A stretch of 64,000 nt of DNA from Malacoraja senta. Its lineage: Eukaryota. The stretch is taken from the NCBI GenBank assembly GCA_038087875.1, contig JAXLNO010000483.1:1-64000 (forward strand), in the 5' to 3' direction. The notes under the pieces are model-generated. The model made no database searches. It worked only from the letters and a program-made list of their open reading frames with translations, and was not told the DNA's origin. Of this stretch, positions 62,521 through 64,000 are shown one piece after another (the first letter of the stretch is position 1; the number at the start of each line of letters is the position of its first letter). Made by a program: the position numbers and the translations under genes.

Positions 62521-64000
62521 TCAGAGACTTGCACTTCCTACTAGACACGTGTTTCTCTTTCCCTGTCTAGTTTTGATATTCTCCCTGATCCCCAAACCAT
62601 CATATATATTCAGTTTTCCAATAGCTGGGTAAGAGACACATGCCCACAAACTCCAGTTTGAAGAACCCTTCTGGCACCCAGGATGAGGCGAGTACAGAGT
62701 CCAGTAGAGGACAGAGATTGTGGAGCATGCTCCAATTTACATCCGGTAGTCTGTAGGAAGATTTGCAGCTCGTGCATCAATTCTTTCTTGACCCCAGAGC
62801 CAACAAAATGTTGATATTGGCATATCATCTTTCATTGGTCAAGATATTGGGCAATCTTCATTAGTATTTTGCTGTTTATTGTAAGGGAGAATTGACAGAT
62901 TTTTCATCCTTGTCCTTGGATTGTAGAATTGCAACAACTAGACTACCAAGCATTAACCTAGCCCATAGATTCCCATTTGCACATTACTCATGTAGAGTGT
63001 CTTGTCATATTACCTTTATTCAAATACCTCTTCAACTATAGGTTTGGCACCTGTGTGTTAAGTGTGTTAAAGCCCGACTGAGCAAATATGAAAATGCTGC
63101 AATAGTACTATGAATAGCCATTTATAACAAGTAATATCACTGACTTCACACGTCCTGTTGTCAGGGTATTACATGTTTTTTAAAAAAACAGGTAATATTC
63201 CTTTTATTCAGCACTCTATTGGTACATTCCCTTAATCCTAAGCAAGTAGCAATGTTACAAAATGTTGAGATTTAAAAAATCAAGTCTGCAATTTATCCCA
63301 TCAGATAAAGCATAAACAGGTTTAATTTGACACCTGATTCACTTTCATATCTTAAGTATTAAATAAGTTATGGCCATTTTCATACTCGGAAATTAGCATC
63401 TTGCTTTTCGATTGACTTAACACAAAAGCTGTGATCGAGGACAGTCAAAAGCCCATAACTTTCTTAAAAATTAAGAGAACTGAATGACATTTTCAGTTAT
63501 TATAGATTGAAGCATTCTGAAACAAATATGAATTAATCTTACTTGGATGACCTGAAATTAAAGCATATAATTAGTTAGTTACCCAATTGTAGCTAATTAC
63601 AAAATTCAATTACTAGATCTAAACATCTATCCATTTCTTAAGAAAAGATTAACATTTTTAAATAGCCTAAGTGTCCAAATAACATTCACACAAGAATTCA
63701 CAATATAACATGATTTTTAAATCTCATTGTCATGAATTTATAGGCCAAATGGAAGGAATTTTGTGTTTAATTCCCGTAAATTAATGGGCATTTAAATCAT
63801 CTTGCGAGTGGGATTTTGTGGAATGCGATCGATTGGAACGTTGCGGTTGCGGTGAATTTAAACCCCACATCGGCAGGAAAAATGCTGCTGGTTCGTATAT
63901 TTACATAATCACCTTTTCGCAACGTAAAATGTGGATTAAGGGCATCCTAAGAAGCACTTTTATACATAAAATAAACGTCTTTCCTTTACCTGTCCCGTGC

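Noticed and set aside
63250..64000. Possible left part of a DNA transposon (AT-rich turning CpG-rich)
   Set aside because: The other end is outside the window; no TIR, TSD or coding evidence to support a call.

Overview
This is vertebrate intronic DNA, most likely from a cartilaginous fish (skate/ray-like repeat set: HE1-like V-SINEs, CR1, L1, Rex1-like and Penelope-like retroelements). Most of the ORF track is transposon debris. Two host genes can be read from splice signals. (1) A single 130-nt plus-strand FH2-domain exon of a diaphanous formin at 20765-20894, best matching DIAPH2. (2) An apparently complete five-coding-exon gene on the minus strand (58696-58527, 37840-37729, 37480-37272, 35602-35542, 4150-3994). 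Its four junctions are all phase-compatible, giving a ~233-aa Cys-cluster protein I do not recognise, and it straddles the formin exon (interleaved antisense genes). The repeats include many Penelope-like 3' ends carrying minimal hammerhead-ribozyme motifs, multi-level nested insertions with readable target-site duplications (TSDs), four Harbinger-type MITEs, hAT-like elements with 5-6 bp TSDs, a likely Helitron, and two local templated-insertion scars. All calls come from manual reading; repeat boundaries are approximate unless a TSD is quoted.
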